DNA of 64,000 nucleotides from an uncultured bacterium (GCA_963997925.1 CAXEOX010000004.1:1097-65096), one strand, 5' to 3'; positions 10,236 through 19,907 are shown, counted from the stretch's first letter. Notes: a model not told the origin generated them from the letters alone. Translations and numbers: made by a program.

Positions 10236-10523
10236 ATGCTAAAATCGTTGATGAAGGGGCTGTTCGGTAGGCTGCTAGGCTACGGGGGACTGGTCCTAGG
10301 GTTCTGGTGGCTGCGCGAAGCCTTCTTAGAAATCAACTATCCCGTAGGCGTAATGGGCGGCCTGACTATCCTCACTGCTATGTACATGGTAGTTGGGGGC
10401 AGGCGCCACACCAACAACTCGGATAATACCGAACGACCTGATTCCGAACTTTCTAATACCGAGGAGGACGACCCTAGTGATTCCCTCGATGGACGCGACG
10501 AAAGCAATCAACTTCCACCGTAA
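10236..10523 (+). CDS. Small membrane protein (two predicted TM helices and an acidic tail), hypothetical
   Basis: 95-aa ORF. Hydrophobic segments LLGYGGLVLGFWWL and VMGGLTILTAMYMVVGG are followed by a D/E/S-rich tail. Weak RBS. It overlaps the next gene by 35 nt. Confidence 0.35.
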   Translation: MLKSLMKGLFGRLLGYGGLVLGFWWLREAFLEINYPVGVMGGLTILTAMYMVVGGRRHTNNSDNTERPDSELSNTEEDDPSDSLDGRDESNQLPP

Positions 10524-11061
10524 GGAAGCCTTGGTGGTGGCAACTTCCTCGGCGCTTCGGGAATGGAACGATGTTTCCGAACGCCGCAACCTGGACATCG
10601 ATCTGACTGATTGCATGGACCGGGCCCCGGCGGTGGGTCTGGGGTTGGCCATAGCTCAGCCCAATCGCAAAGTGCTGGTCTTGGACTGCGATGCGACATT
10701 GCGGACCGACTTGGGATCTCTGGCCACAGTGGGACAATCCGAAACTGAAAACCTGGTCCACTTCGTCTTCGACGACGCCAACAAATCCTCCACCGACGGT
10801 CTAGCCATCCGTGGGGCGGACAACGTGAACTTGCTGGCGATGGCGGAGGGAGCGGGATACGCCAAATCTTACGAGTTCAACGCTCTGGAAGAATTGCTCA
10901 TCGGCTTGGAAGAAGTGATGGAGCAGCCCGGCCCGGTGTTCGTGCTGGTAAAAGTCTTTCGGGACGGTGATTTCCTACCTTTTCCGGAGCGCCCGATGGC
11001 TGAAGGCTGGGGCGCGGTGCGGCAAACGCTCATGGCTACGCAGAATCAGAGAGAAGGGTAA
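10489..11061 (+). CDS. ComE-like beta-subunit paralogue with a degenerate TPP-binding motif
   Basis: It aligns by eye along its whole length to the 9489-10079 product (VGLGLAIAQPNRKVLVLD..., GAGYA..., GPVF...). GDGS is replaced by CDAT and NNG by DDA. The start is taken at ATG 10489 (MDATKAINF...). Confidence 0.6.
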   Translation: MDATKAINFHRKEALVVATSSALREWNDVSERRNLDIDLTDCMDRAPAVGLGLAIAQPNRKVLVLDCDATLRTDLGSLATVGQSETENLVHFVFDDANKSSTDGLAIRGADNVNLLAMAEGAGYAKSYEFNALEELLIGLEEVMEQPGPVFVLVKVFRDGDFLPFPERPMAEGWGAVRQTLMATQNQREG

Positions 11062-11146
11062 GCTACCTGCTGCTCGCGGCTGAAAGGTTTGAAGAGCGGA
11101 CACCGGAAACCCAGTCAAAGAGATTCCCGCTGCCTGGGGCAGTTAG

Positions 11147-11899
11147 CTAGGCGTCGGCCTGCCGCACCAATATTTGGCCTGCCACGTTGTATCCGATGGG
11201 GACCCTATTCCCGCCCGACGCCACCATAATCACGCCCAGATAAGGGGCAGCTTCGTCCACGCTAATCTCATGGCCGGGTAGAATCGACGAGTCAGCCAAG
11301 AATTTCAGAAGCATCACGTCCTCTTCCGGAACCCGATCGACCAGATAAGTAACGTTAGCGGACGCCTCTTCCAATGTCAGGGAGTTGGGGAGGATAGCCG
11401 GAGCTCCGGTACCGGGAATCGGCCGTCCGAAGGGCGACCGGTCGGGATACCCCAACCGTTCCATCAGCTTCTCTTGAAACTCCTGAGACATGCCGTGCTC
11501 CAAGCGGTGGGCTTCCACGTGGGCTTTGTACAAGTCCATGCCCAGCAGGCTAACCACCAGCCATTCGGCCAACCGGTGCCTTCGAGCGATGTCGGCCCCG
11601 CCTTCCGCGCCCCGCTCAGTGAGCCGGATCCGCTTGTCCTTACCCATCTCCACCAGACCCTGACGTTGCATACGCCGGACCATTCCCGCTACCGACGGAA
11701 CCGAAGTTCCCAAACCCTCAGTGACCGGGACCTGTTTCAGGGTTTCGGTAAGCTGGGTCGTGGTGGGATAGGCTGAATCTTCCCAAAGCTTGTAGAGGCA
11801 AAGGAGATAGTTCTCCGTCCCTGGCGATAAACGTTCGTCGGGGCCGTCGTCTACGGTACCGTCAACTCCGTTGCCATTTTTTTTCGTTCGCGCCATCAA
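11147..11899 (-). CDS. DtxR/IdeR/MntR-family metal-dependent regulator with an SH3-like (FeoA) C-domain
   Basis: HTH region ENYLLCLYKL..., metal and dimerisation region RHRLAEWLV...EAHRLEHGMS, and a C-terminal PGHEISV... domain. Confidence 0.8.
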   Translation of the reverse strand: MMARTKKNGNGVDGTVDDGPDERLSPGTENYLLCLYKLWEDSAYPTTTQLTETLKQVPVTEGLGTSVPSVAGMVRRMQRQGLVEMGKDKRIRLTERGAEGGADIARRHRLAEWLVVSLLGMDLYKAHVEAHRLEHGMSQEFQEKLMERLGYPDRSPFGRPIPGTGAPAILPNSLTLEEASANVTYLVDRVPEEDVMLLKFLADSSILPGHEISVDEAAPYLGVIMVASGGNRVPIGYNVAGQILVRQADA

Positions 11900-11917
11900 G
11901 TATCCCCAGATCCCGCA

Positions 11918-13093
11918 CTAATCGCTGTTTACCGCCTTACCTTCCGCGAATGGCTTGAGTGAATGCCCCTGTCTCAGGTCCACCGACACGGTAGCGCCGA
12001 TCGGTAAATCATTGATATGCGATAAGAGACACCGTACTGAGTGTCCCGACGGAAGGGCCACTTTATAAAGATAGAATGGACCCCTAAATTCCCTAGAAGT
12101 AATCGTGCCCTGCCCTTGGCCGGAAGGAACGCAGTTCAGACAGTCCGGACGGACCATCACTTCCAAGTTGTCACCGTTGTCCCCATCAATCTCGGCCGGT
12201 GGGCCAAGGGGGCCGGTACCGTCAGGCCAGGAAACAGACCCAACTTCAGTTACCAGCCTGCTGCCCTGTCGCCAAGCGGGGATGAAATCCACCATCCCAA
12301 AGAATTCGGCCACGAAACGGGTGGCGGGACTGTGGAAGATTTCTTCCGGAGAACCCGTCTGCTCAACCCGGCCCTCATTCATCACGGCGACGATATCGCC
12401 TACGAATAAGGCTTCTTCTTGATCGTGGGTAACAAATATGGCCGTGATGTTACCGCTTTTAAGAATCTCCAGAACGTCCTTTCGTACCTGCTCCCGCAAT
12501 CGGGGGTCCAGGTTGGAAAAAGGCTCGTCCAGCAACAATACCTCGGGACGTGGCGCCAAGGCGCGGGCTAAGGCCACCCTTTGCTGTTGCCCTCCGGAAA
12601 GTTCGTGGGGCATCCGGCGGCCCAATCCGTCCAGGCCGACCAGTTCCAGAACTTCTTCGACTCGTTTGTCACGGCCGTTTCCTCGGGACAGACCGTAGGC
12701 AACATTCTGCGCCACGGTCAGATGGGGGAATAGAGCGCCTTCCTGAAATACCATCCCCACGTTTCGTTGTTCCGGGGGCATGGCATATCCCGGCTGGCAA
12801 ACCTGGCGGCCACCCACCGATATAGAGCCTCCATCAGGTTGTTCAAAGCCAGCGATAAGCCGCAACGCCGTGGTTTTGCCGCACCCGCTCGGGCCCAGCA
12901 ACGCTACAACCTGACCCGGCATCACAGTGAGATCCAAGCCCACTATAGCCTGGACCTGGCCGAACTGCTTGGCCAGCCCATCGCACTCCAATGCAGCCTG
13001 TTGGGAGCCGAAATCTTCCGGCTGTGGATGCCCGTGGACGGAGTCACCAGCCGTCAGAAGCTGATTGTCCGAATGTTCGAATCCGCTGCTCAC
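11918..13093 (-). CDS. ABC transporter ATP-binding protein (FbpC/PotA-like, with a C-terminal TOBE-like domain)
   Basis: Walker A GPSGCGKTT, LSGGQQQRVALARAL and LLLDEPFS are present. GTG start. It is divergent from an Fe(III)-binding-protein operon. Confidence 0.85.
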   Translation of the reverse strand: MSSGFEHSDNQLLTAGDSVHGHPQPEDFGSQQAALECDGLAKQFGQVQAIVGLDLTVMPGQVVALLGPSGCGKTTALRLIAGFEQPDGGSISVGGRQVCQPGYAMPPEQRNVGMVFQEGALFPHLTVAQNVAYGLSRGNGRDKRVEEVLELVGLDGLGRRMPHELSGGQQQRVALARALAPRPEVLLLDEPFSNLDPRLREQVRKDVLEILKSGNITAIFVTHDQEEALFVGDIVAVMNEGRVEQTGSPEEIFHSPATRFVAEFFGMVDFIPAWRQGSRLVTEVGSVSWPDGTGPLGPPAEIDGDNGDNLEVMVRPDCLNCVPSGQGQGTITSREFRGPFYLYKVALPSGHSVRCLLSHINDLPIGATVSVDLRQGHSLKPFAEGKAVNSD

Positions 13094-13340
13094 GCCTGTT
13101 TACATCCGTAAAGATGGCAAACCGTTTCAACGTCCCAAGCAAAACTTCGACGTTCAACACGATTGGCTATGGGATGGGCAATCATCACTTTAGGTTGGTA
13201 CCCGCCCTTCGTAATGTCAGATGCACCGTTGACGCAGTATTAATCATCTCTATCCAGTCAGATCCATCGTCTTGGTCAAAAACAACGTCTACCGATAGCG
13301 TACACCAAATCAAACTATACATCCACCCTACCAGAAAATC

Positions 13341-13369
13341 AGTGTAGACACTTATCCAATCAATGTCAA
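13341..13369 (-). promoter_or_regulatory. Predicted sigma-70 promoter for the ABC ATPase gene
   Basis: Minus strand: TTGACA (13369-13364), 17-nt spacer, TACACT (13346-13341). This implies a leader of roughly 240 nt. Confidence 0.4.
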
Positions 13370-13541
13370 TGTATATTCTAGGCGCTAGACTGGCATTAAA
13401 CCGGTCTTAATTAAAGGGCAAATACGTCTCAGTAAGAGGGCAATACATAACGAGTTACATCGTCCCAACCTCGGCGACGGACGATGCGATACCCATTCAT
13501 AATAGGGGTAGTTTCAGGCAGCTATGAGGATTTATTTTATG

Positions 13542-13570
13542 TTGACATATCGCATTGATAAGGATATAGT
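13542..13570 (+). promoter_or_regulatory. Predicted sigma-70 promoter for the Fe(III) binding-protein/permease operon
   Basis: TTGACA (13542-13547), 17-nt spacer, TATAGT (13565-13570). Confidence 0.5.
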
Positions 13571-13721
13571 CCGACATTAAATAATGGTGTACATCACTTG
13601 GCAATAAGCTCGTACATCAAATCAATCTTTGATCGGTCGTGTCGTAACTCTGACAGGTCCCTCCAAAGTGATTATATGCGGTGGACCGCACCGAAAATGC
13701 TCATTTCAGGAGGACGACCTC

Positions 13722-14816
13722 ATGGACCGGATCTCTGCCTTTCTCACCCTCTTCTCATCGACTAAATCACCGCTCTCCGCTCGGCCCAAGAGTCACCCAT
13801 GGCCACTGTTCACGTTTCTGATACTGGCGGTTCTTTTGGCGGGCTGCTCCGTCGCAGTAGAGAACGAAATCGTCCCAGCGTCAATATCTTCGGAAAAGCT
13901 CACCATATATTCAGGCCGTAGCTCCTCTCTTGTTGATCCAATCATCCAGCAGTTCGGCCAAGCCACCGGGATCGAGATCGCGGTGAAGTACGCCAATACC
14001 GCCCAGTTAGCGGCCACCCTATTAGAAGAAGGGGACCGGACACCAGCTGACATCTTCTTCGCCCAGGATCCGGGTGGATTGGCAGCGGTAGAGCACATGC
14101 TGGCTCCTCTCGACACAGCCGTGCTGGAGAAGGTACCGGACTGGGCCCGCTCCTCGGAAGGTAAGTGGGTCGGCCTTTCCGGACGGGCGCGAACGGTGGT
14201 ATTCAATACTGAAACTCTGACCGAAGCGGACCTACCCGACGACATGTTCGGGTTCACCGACCCCAAATGGAAAGGCCGCATCGGCTGGGCACCCACCAAT
14301 GCATCCTTCCAAACCATGGTATCGGCGATGAACTCCATGTGGGGCGAAGAAAAGACCCTCCGGTGGCTGGAAGGCATCCAGGCCAACGACCCCAAGGTTT
14401 ACCCCAAGAACACACCCCAGGTGGCTGCGGTATCCACCGGCGAGATCGACGTGGGCTTCGTCAATCACTACTACCTTTTCCGCTTCCTAGCGGAAGAGGG
14501 CGAATCCTTCCCGGCCCGCAATTACCATCCCAGGGCCGGTGGTCCCGGGGCGACAGTCATGGTCGCCGGAGCTGGCGTCTTGGCCGCATCCGAGAACAAA
14601 GAGGTAGCACACCGGTTCTTGGAGTTCATGCTTTCCAAAGTGGGACAGCAATACTTCGCGGGGCAGACTTTTGAATACCCGCTGGTGGAAGGGGTCAACA
14701 CTCCCAAGGTTTTGACGCCGCTTTCCGGATTCACCCATCCAGATATCACGATAAAGGAACTGGGAGACCTAAAGGGCACTCAAGACCTCCTCCGCCAGGC
14801 CGGCGTGACCCCCTAG
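13722..14816 (+). CDS. Fe(III) ABC transporter substrate-binding protein (FbpA/AfuA-like)
   Basis: ATG 13722 is preceded by AGGAGGA. There is a TM/signal segment with LLAGCS. The family-1 solute-binding pattern (IYSGRSS...DIFFAQDPG...GWAPTNASFQ) is typical of iron binders. The ORF track opens earlier, at 13629. Confidence 0.75.
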   Translation: MDRISAFLTLFSSTKSPLSARPKSHPWPLFTFLILAVLLAGCSVAVENEIVPASISSEKLTIYSGRSSSLVDPIIQQFGQATGIEIAVKYANTAQLAATLLEEGDRTPADIFFAQDPGGLAAVEHMLAPLDTAVLEKVPDWARSSEGKWVGLSGRARTVVFNTETLTEADLPDDMFGFTDPKWKGRIGWAPTNASFQTMVSAMNSMWGEEKTLRWLEGIQANDPKVYPKNTPQVAAVSTGEIDVGFVNHYYLFRFLAEEGESFPARNYHPRAGGPGATVMVAGAGVLAASENKEVAHRFLEFMLSKVGQQYFAGQTFEYPLVEGVNTPKVLTPLSGFTHPDITIKELGDLKGTQDLLRQAGVTP

Positions 14817-14818
14817 AG

Positions 14819-16459
14819 ATGCAGGGAAGCGGCACCGGTGGATTCAGGTCTCTGAGTCAGGCGATATCGATGCGATACCGGGTCTTGCTGGCAAAACCGG
14901 GCCGCCCTCCGGTTTTGCTATTGTTGGCCGCCTGGGTCGTCGCAGCGGTTTTATTGTTGTCGCCCTCATACCTGCTTCTACGTACTTTGGGGGCGGGCCC
15001 AGACGCCTGGGATCTTCTGATCCGCGCCAGAGTTCTGGAGATTCTGGTCCGCACTTTGCTATTGGTAGTGGTCGTCACCGGGGGTTCCATCCTACTGGCC
15101 ATCCCCTTGGCATGGTTGACCGTTCGCACCGACCTGCCTTTCAAGACTGTATGGTCGGTGGCGACTGCGCTGCCCCTAGTTATTCCCAGCTATGTGGCCG
15201 GATTTATCGTGGTGGTGACGCTGGGACCCAAGGGTATGCTCCAAGGGTTGCTGGAGAACCTCTTTGGCCTGGAACGGCTACCGGATATCTCCGGCTTTCC
15301 CGGCGCCGCCTTGACCCTCACCCTCCTCAGTTACCCTTACGTTCTGCTGACCGTTCGAGCTGCTTTTTTGCGACTGGACCCATCGCTGGAGGAGATTTCC
15401 CGGGGGTTGGGCCGAAACCCGTGGGCTACATTCTTCGGTGTAATCTTGCCCTCGTTGCGACCCGCCATCGCCGCCGGCGGACTGCTGGTGGCCCTTTACA
15501 CCCTGGCCGACTTCGGTGCGGTTTCGCTATTGCGATTCGAGACATTTACCTGGGCGATTTTCCTGCAGTATGAATCGGCATTGGACCGGGGTTTAGCGGC
15601 AGCGTTATCTCTGGCCTTGATTGCCATCGCCCTAACATTGGTGGCCGGCGAAGCTTTCACTAGGGGCCGATGGCGTTACTACCGGAGCGGGTCCGGCGCC
15701 ATCCGGCCCTTTGCATCGGTCAAGCTGGGTCACTGGAGATGGCCGGCGCTGGCTCTATGCACGGTCGTGGTCACAATCTCCCTGGTCCTTCCCATGTCGA
15801 TTCTTGCCTATTGGGTGATACGAGGCGTCTCTGCTGGAGAGCCGCTGCTTCTATTGTGGGAAGCGGCCCGCAACTCGGTCTACGTCTCAGCCCTTGCCGC
15901 CGGGGTTTCGGTGGCTGCGGCCTTGCCTATTGCTGCGTTGTCGGTGCGCTTTCCCGGCATGCTCAGCGGTATCTTGGAGCGAATCTCCTATATCGGGTTC
16001 GCCCTCCCCGGCATAGCCATCGCACTGTCCCTGGTTTTTTTCGGGGCAAACTACGCCCCGTTGCTCTACCAGACCACCGGTCTGCTGGTATTAGGCTACG
16101 TCGTTCTGTTCGTATCGGCGGCGGTTGGAGCTGCCCGCAGTTCCTTCTTGCAGGTAAGTCCCAACGTGGAGGAGGCTGCCCGGGGATTGGGCCGGACGCC
16201 TCTGCGAGTTTTCTCGACGGTCACACTCCCTCTGGTGCGTCCCGGCATCATATCCGGCGCGGCCTTGGTCTTCTTGCTGACGATGAAGGAACTGCCCGCC
16301 ACATTGATTTTGAGTCCCATCGGTTTTCAGACCTTGGCAACCTCCATCTGGTCGGCGGCATCCGAAGCTTTCTTCGCCCAAGCGGCGGCCCCGGCCCTTC
16401 TACTGATTCTGACCTCCTCGGTCCCTCTGGCGTTTCTACTGTTGCGCAGCCGCCAATAG
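14819..16459 (+). CDS. Iron ABC transporter permease (FbpB-like, duplicated permease domain)
   Basis: 546-aa polytopic protein. It has two EAA-loop-like regions (LEEISRGLGRNPW..., VEEAARGLGRTPL...). Its ATG lies 2 nt after the binding-protein stop. Confidence 0.8.
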   Translation: MQGSGTGGFRSLSQAISMRYRVLLAKPGRPPVLLLLAAWVVAAVLLLSPSYLLLRTLGAGPDAWDLLIRARVLEILVRTLLLVVVVTGGSILLAIPLAWLTVRTDLPFKTVWSVATALPLVIPSYVAGFIVVVTLGPKGMLQGLLENLFGLERLPDISGFPGAALTLTLLSYPYVLLTVRAAFLRLDPSLEEISRGLGRNPWATFFGVILPSLRPAIAAGGLLVALYTLADFGAVSLLRFETFTWAIFLQYESALDRGLAAALSLALIAIALTLVAGEAFTRGRWRYYRSGSGAIRPFASVKLGHWRWPALALCTVVVTISLVLPMSILAYWVIRGVSAGEPLLLLWEAARNSVYVSALAAGVSVAAALPIAALSVRFPGMLSGILERISYIGFALPGIAIALSLVFFGANYAPLLYQTTGLLVLGYVVLFVSAAVGAARSSFLQVSPNVEEAARGLGRTPLRVFSTVTLPLVRPGIISGAALVFLLTMKELPATLILSPIGFQTLATSIWSAASEAFFAQAAAPALLLILTSSVPLAFLLLRSRQ

Positions 16460-16517
16460 GCTATAATTCGGCAGAATCGGAAGATCGCGATTCCCATTTC
16501 CGGGAGGATTGAAGAGT

Positions 16518-16898
16518 ATGCACCACTGGGAAGTGGGGGGGCCTATAAACATCGGTTGGCCGGATTTTTCCGTACCAGAGCGGGAATACACCCTGGTTGA
16601 AGTAGACCTGCAAGGACAGGTATTCCGAGGCAGGGTAACCGACGGCCAGAAAGAGGGCGGTTTCCTGGTGGTTCTGGACTGCCCGGAAGTTGTTCTGGAG
16701 ATGCTTGCCGAGCAGGCCAACCAGGTCTTGGATTTCAAAACCGTCGTTTCCAGCTTGCGTTGCAGTATCGATGGCATGTTACTCCGAAGCTTCGATTACG
16801 AGTGGCATCCCACCCCGGAATACGAAACGCGGCCGTCGTTGCTTACCAAGACCATCGCCGATTCACTAACGGCCATGCGCCAGGGCGGGAGAGATTGA
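16518..16898 (+). CDS. Hypothetical protein
   Basis: GGGAGGA lies 9 nt upstream of ATG 16518, although the ORF opens at TTG 16509. I recognise no motif. Confidence 0.4.
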   Translation: MHHWEVGGPINIGWPDFSVPEREYTLVEVDLQGQVFRGRVTDGQKEGGFLVVLDCPEVVLEMLAEQANQVLDFKTVVSSLRCSIDGMLLRSFDYEWHPTPEYETRPSLLTKTIADSLTAMRQGGRD

Positions 16899-16957
16899 TT
16901 CCGATATCACCCTAGTCACAACACCAGGATAATATTCTGGTTGCAAAGAGGTAGAAG

Positions 16958-17560
16958 ATGACCCAGAACAATAAACTTTCCTCGGCTTCGGCCGTGATTC
17001 CAGATACAAAAGTTACGGTATACGAGGCCCTGTTTCGGCGGCGCATGTCCTGGGATTTTCAAGATAGCCCCGTCGCCAAAGGGGTCGTGGAGCGATTGCT
17101 GTCGACTGCGGTTTGGGCACCCAACCATCGGCTAACTGAGCCATGGCGCTTCTTTGTCGTGGATAAGTCCAGCGCCATCCGGAAGACGCTTGGCGACATG
17201 GCTTTCGAGGCGTCGATGGAGCGCAACAACAACCCGGACCGGGCCGAAGGAACCCGAAAGGCCCAGTTAGACCCGCCCATCCTCATCTACGTTTACACAG
17301 TGCCCGGAGCCAACGACAGCGCCACCAAGGAGAATTACGCTTCAGTGTGCTGCGCCGTTCAGAACATATCCCTGGCCGGAGTCGCTGAAGGCTTGGCGGT
17401 CACTTGGGAAACCGGTGGCATCACCCGTCACCCACGCCTTAGCGAGACCCTGGGCGCCGACGCCGAGTGGAGCCTTGCGGGGTTGCTATCCATCGGCATT
17501 CCCGCCGGCCCTCTGGAATCCCGCCGTACGTCCGCCGAAAACTTCACTACCTGGGTATAG
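16958..17560 (+). CDS. Nitroreductase-family protein
   Basis: 200 aa. R(R)RMSWDF...AVWAPNHRLTEPWRF is typical of the FMN nitroreductase fold. Confidence 0.7.
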   Translation: MTQNNKLSSASAVIPDTKVTVYEALFRRRMSWDFQDSPVAKGVVERLLSTAVWAPNHRLTEPWRFFVVDKSSAIRKTLGDMAFEASMERNNNPDRAEGTRKAQLDPPILIYVYTVPGANDSATKENYASVCCAVQNISLAGVAEGLAVTWETGGITRHPRLSETLGADAEWSLAGLLSIGIPAGPLESRRTSAENFTTWV

Positions 17561-17644
17561 CTGGCCGGAATTCTAGACTTGCTCTCGGCTCCAAGGTATC
17601 ATTATCCGCGTTAAACTGAACAAACACTTTGAAAGGAGACAGAA

Positions 17645-18013
17645 ATGAAAAAGATTACAGTGAGCTCTGGTGCCAAAACCGAAGTGGAATTGGGCGGACT
17701 CTTTACTGGGACCAAGGTTTGGCGGCAGTCGTCTTTTAACCCCGAGGATTTTACCAACCTAAACTTCGGAATAGTTGCTTTCGACGCCGGCTCACGCAAC
17801 AAGTTCCACAAGCATTCCAGTGACCAGATCCTGATAATCACCGAGGGCACCGGCACCGTCGCATCTGACACCGAGAGCCTTACGGTCACCGAGGGCGACG
17901 TCGTAGTGATTCCAGCTCAGGAGAACCACTGGCACGGCGCTCCCGACTCGACTGCGATGACCCACATCACCGTTACGGCAAAGGGCAGCCAGACCGAGCA
18001 GACCGAAGCCTAG
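17645..18013 (+). CDS. Cupin-domain protein
   Basis: 122 aa with cupin motifs (HKHSSDQILIITEGTG...GDVVVIPAQENHWHGA). AAGGAG RBS. Confidence 0.7.
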   Translation: MKKITVSSGAKTEVELGGLFTGTKVWRQSSFNPEDFTNLNFGIVAFDAGSRNKFHKHSSDQILIITEGTGTVASDTESLTVTEGDVVVIPAQENHWHGAPDSTAMTHITVTAKGSQTEQTEA

Positions 18014-18043
18014 CCTGTAATCGGCCTCCCCCCCCCCGGCAAG

Positions 18044-18084
18044 AAAAAGTCCCAGTCACGCGCGATCGTGGCCGGGATTTTTTT
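18044..18084 (+). terminator. Intrinsic terminator after the cupin gene
   Basis: Stem TCCCAGTCACG / CGTGGCCGGGA, with two non-Watson-Crick positions, is followed by T7. An A5 run upstream gives it a bidirectional shape. Confidence 0.6.
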
Positions 18085-18326
18085 GCGCACCCTCCGTTGC
18101 TGAAGGAATGCCGGGCCAGACATTCGCCGCCTGGTATCATCCGCTCCCCGGAGACGGCGTCCATCCATCCAGGATGCACACGACATTGACTTAGCACTTG
18201 TCTGGAATCATCATCGCAAAAGACCCCGGGGATTCTTGCGTGAGGAATCTTGGGCGGTACTCTATGAGTCGTTCTGGGTACGATGATAAATAGGACCAGC
18301 TAACCAGACGGCAAAGGCGGCAAGGG

Positions 18327-18821
18327 ATGGGAGCGAATCGTTTATTTTCTCTTTTGGTTTTTGGCATTATCAGCGCGATGGCCTTCACGGCGTGTGGCGA
18401 AGATGCACCAGAACTAACTGAGAGCCAGAGGGTCGCTGAAGCCGCTTGGGCGGACGCGGCGGCTATCTCGGAAGCCAAGGGATACATCGCATCTTCCAGA
18501 GCTTCCAAGCACCTAGGGGATGAGGGAACGGTCAGGGGCACCATAACGGACTACCAGTACGACAGCGATATGACTGGCAAGCCATATACATTACTATTCA
18601 ATAAACCTGACGTTGCGGAAAGCGAACCGCCAACGTCTGAACTAAAGGCTTCCGAAGCCTTCAAGTTGGTTATCTGGGAAGATGCCCGCGAGAAATTTCC
18701 GGCCCAATTTGCCGCCGAGTATACCGGAAACATGGTTTGCGCCACGGGGATGATTATTGATTTTGAGGGAAGTCCGGCAATCGCGATCAACGAACCGAAT
18801 CAAGTCGAGATCGGCTGTTAA
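18327..18821 (+). CDS. Hypothetical lipoprotein
   Basis: Signal peptide with a lipobox (LLVFGIISAMAFTAC). I recognise no other family. Confidence 0.5.
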   Translation: MGANRLFSLLVFGIISAMAFTACGEDAPELTESQRVAEAAWADAAAISEAKGYIASSRASKHLGDEGTVRGTITDYQYDSDMTGKPYTLLFNKPDVAESEPPTSELKASEAFKLVIWEDAREKFPAQFAAEYTGNMVCATGMIIDFEGSPAIAINEPNQVEIGC

Positions 18822-18947
18822 ACCCAGCCGATCTGGGCTTAGTCATATTTCCAGATGAGGTGATTCATATCACCTGGGTTCGGTCCAAAAAGGATATGGG
18901 AGAATTTCTCAGCCCATATTATCAACGGTGATGAGTCGCAGTTTGCG

Positions 18948-19838
18948 CTATTTCGGATGAGCCTGAACCCACTCTGCCATCAAGCGGATGGTTTCCTCCA
19001 GGCTGCGGTCACCGTCCCGGGTCTGCGGGGTTTCGTCACCCATTGAAGTGCTGCCAATCATCCGGTACATGTCGGCTACGCCCTGGAAGAGGTGTGGAGT
19101 TAGTCCCAGGTGTTCGAAGGTATCCTTGATCTCTTCCATCTCGCTGACCCACCGGCGGGCTTTGGCCGGAACGCCGGGCAAGCCTCGCTCCATCCGCTGC
19201 AACACTGCCGGTTGGCTGCTCTGGAACTCCGCTTTCACGAAATCCGAAAGACCCATCATTTCCGCAGCCATCAGAAGCTCGGAATATAAAGCCGACGAAC
19301 CCTTGGTCATGGCGGCGTAGCACATCTTGATACCCGAGGCCTGACCCACTTCTGTGCCGGCGGTCCTCACGTCCAACCCAAAGTTGGCCAATCCTTCAAA
19401 CTCGGCGGTGTTATCTCCCGAAGCATAGAACCGGGGGCTTGATCCATTCAGAGGCGGACCGCCCACGATGGAGGCGTCGATGTACCGGCCTCCTGCCTCG
19501 GTGATGATTGGCCCCATCTGCCGGGATAGTTGGGGAGAGATGGCGTTACATTCGGCGAACAGTACGTTCGCATTGGTGGCCTTGATGGCATCGGCTACTT
19601 GCTGGCAGATGCTGGGCACCATCTCGGACACGGAGATGGAGAGGATAATCTGGGACTGAGCCACCATGTCGTTCAGGTCCGGAACATCGGCGATACCTGC
19701 CAACTCCGCAAGATCTTTGGTCCTCTGGCTCCTGCCAGTCAAACAGGTAACCACTTTTAACTCATGTTCCCGCAGCAACTGGCCCACAGCGTGGCCCATA
19801 TCTCCGGGGCTTAGAATCGCTACTGTCTCTATCGCCAT
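18948..19838 (-). CDS. NAD(P)-dependent oxidoreductase (6-phosphogluconate-dehydrogenase-like N-domain plus a DUF1932-like C-domain)
   Basis: N-terminal dinucleotide fold VAILSPGDMGHAVG. 296 aa. The family assignment is from memory of similar proteins. Confidence 0.55.
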   Translation of the reverse strand: MAIETVAILSPGDMGHAVGQLLREHELKVVTCLTGRSQRTKDLAELAGIADVPDLNDMVAQSQIILSISVSEMVPSICQQVADAIKATNANVLFAECNAISPQLSRQMGPIITEAGGRYIDASIVGGPPLNGSSPRFYASGDNTAEFEGLANFGLDVRTAGTEVGQASGIKMCYAAMTKGSSALYSELLMAAEMMGLSDFVKAEFQSSQPAVLQRMERGLPGVPAKARRWVSEMEEIKDTFEHLGLTPHLFQGVADMYRMIGSTSMGDETPQTRDGDRSLEETIRLMAEWVQAHPK

Positions 19839-19907
19839 TTAGGTGACACCTCTAATTATGGTTTTCTGAATCTATCCTGGCCTTGGGTGGCCTGTCCGTC
19901 GAAGAAA

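Noticed and set aside
13075-13084. A GTTCGAATCC T-loop-like string, as a possible tRNA.
   Set aside because: It lies inside the N-terminal coding region of the ABC ATPase gene (it encodes ..FEHS..). It has no flanking acceptor or anticodon stem complementarity. I found no tRNA-like cloverleaf anywhere in the window.
13189-13197. A TTAGGTTGG half-match to the DtxR/IdeR operator.
   Set aside because: Only the left half matches. The right half (TACCCGCCC) does not complete the palindrome.
18028-18037. A C10 homopolymer immediately after the cupin gene stop, as a possible phase-variation tract.
   Set aside because: It is non-coding. It lies between a stop codon and the terminator hairpin, not in a promoter spacer or a reading frame.
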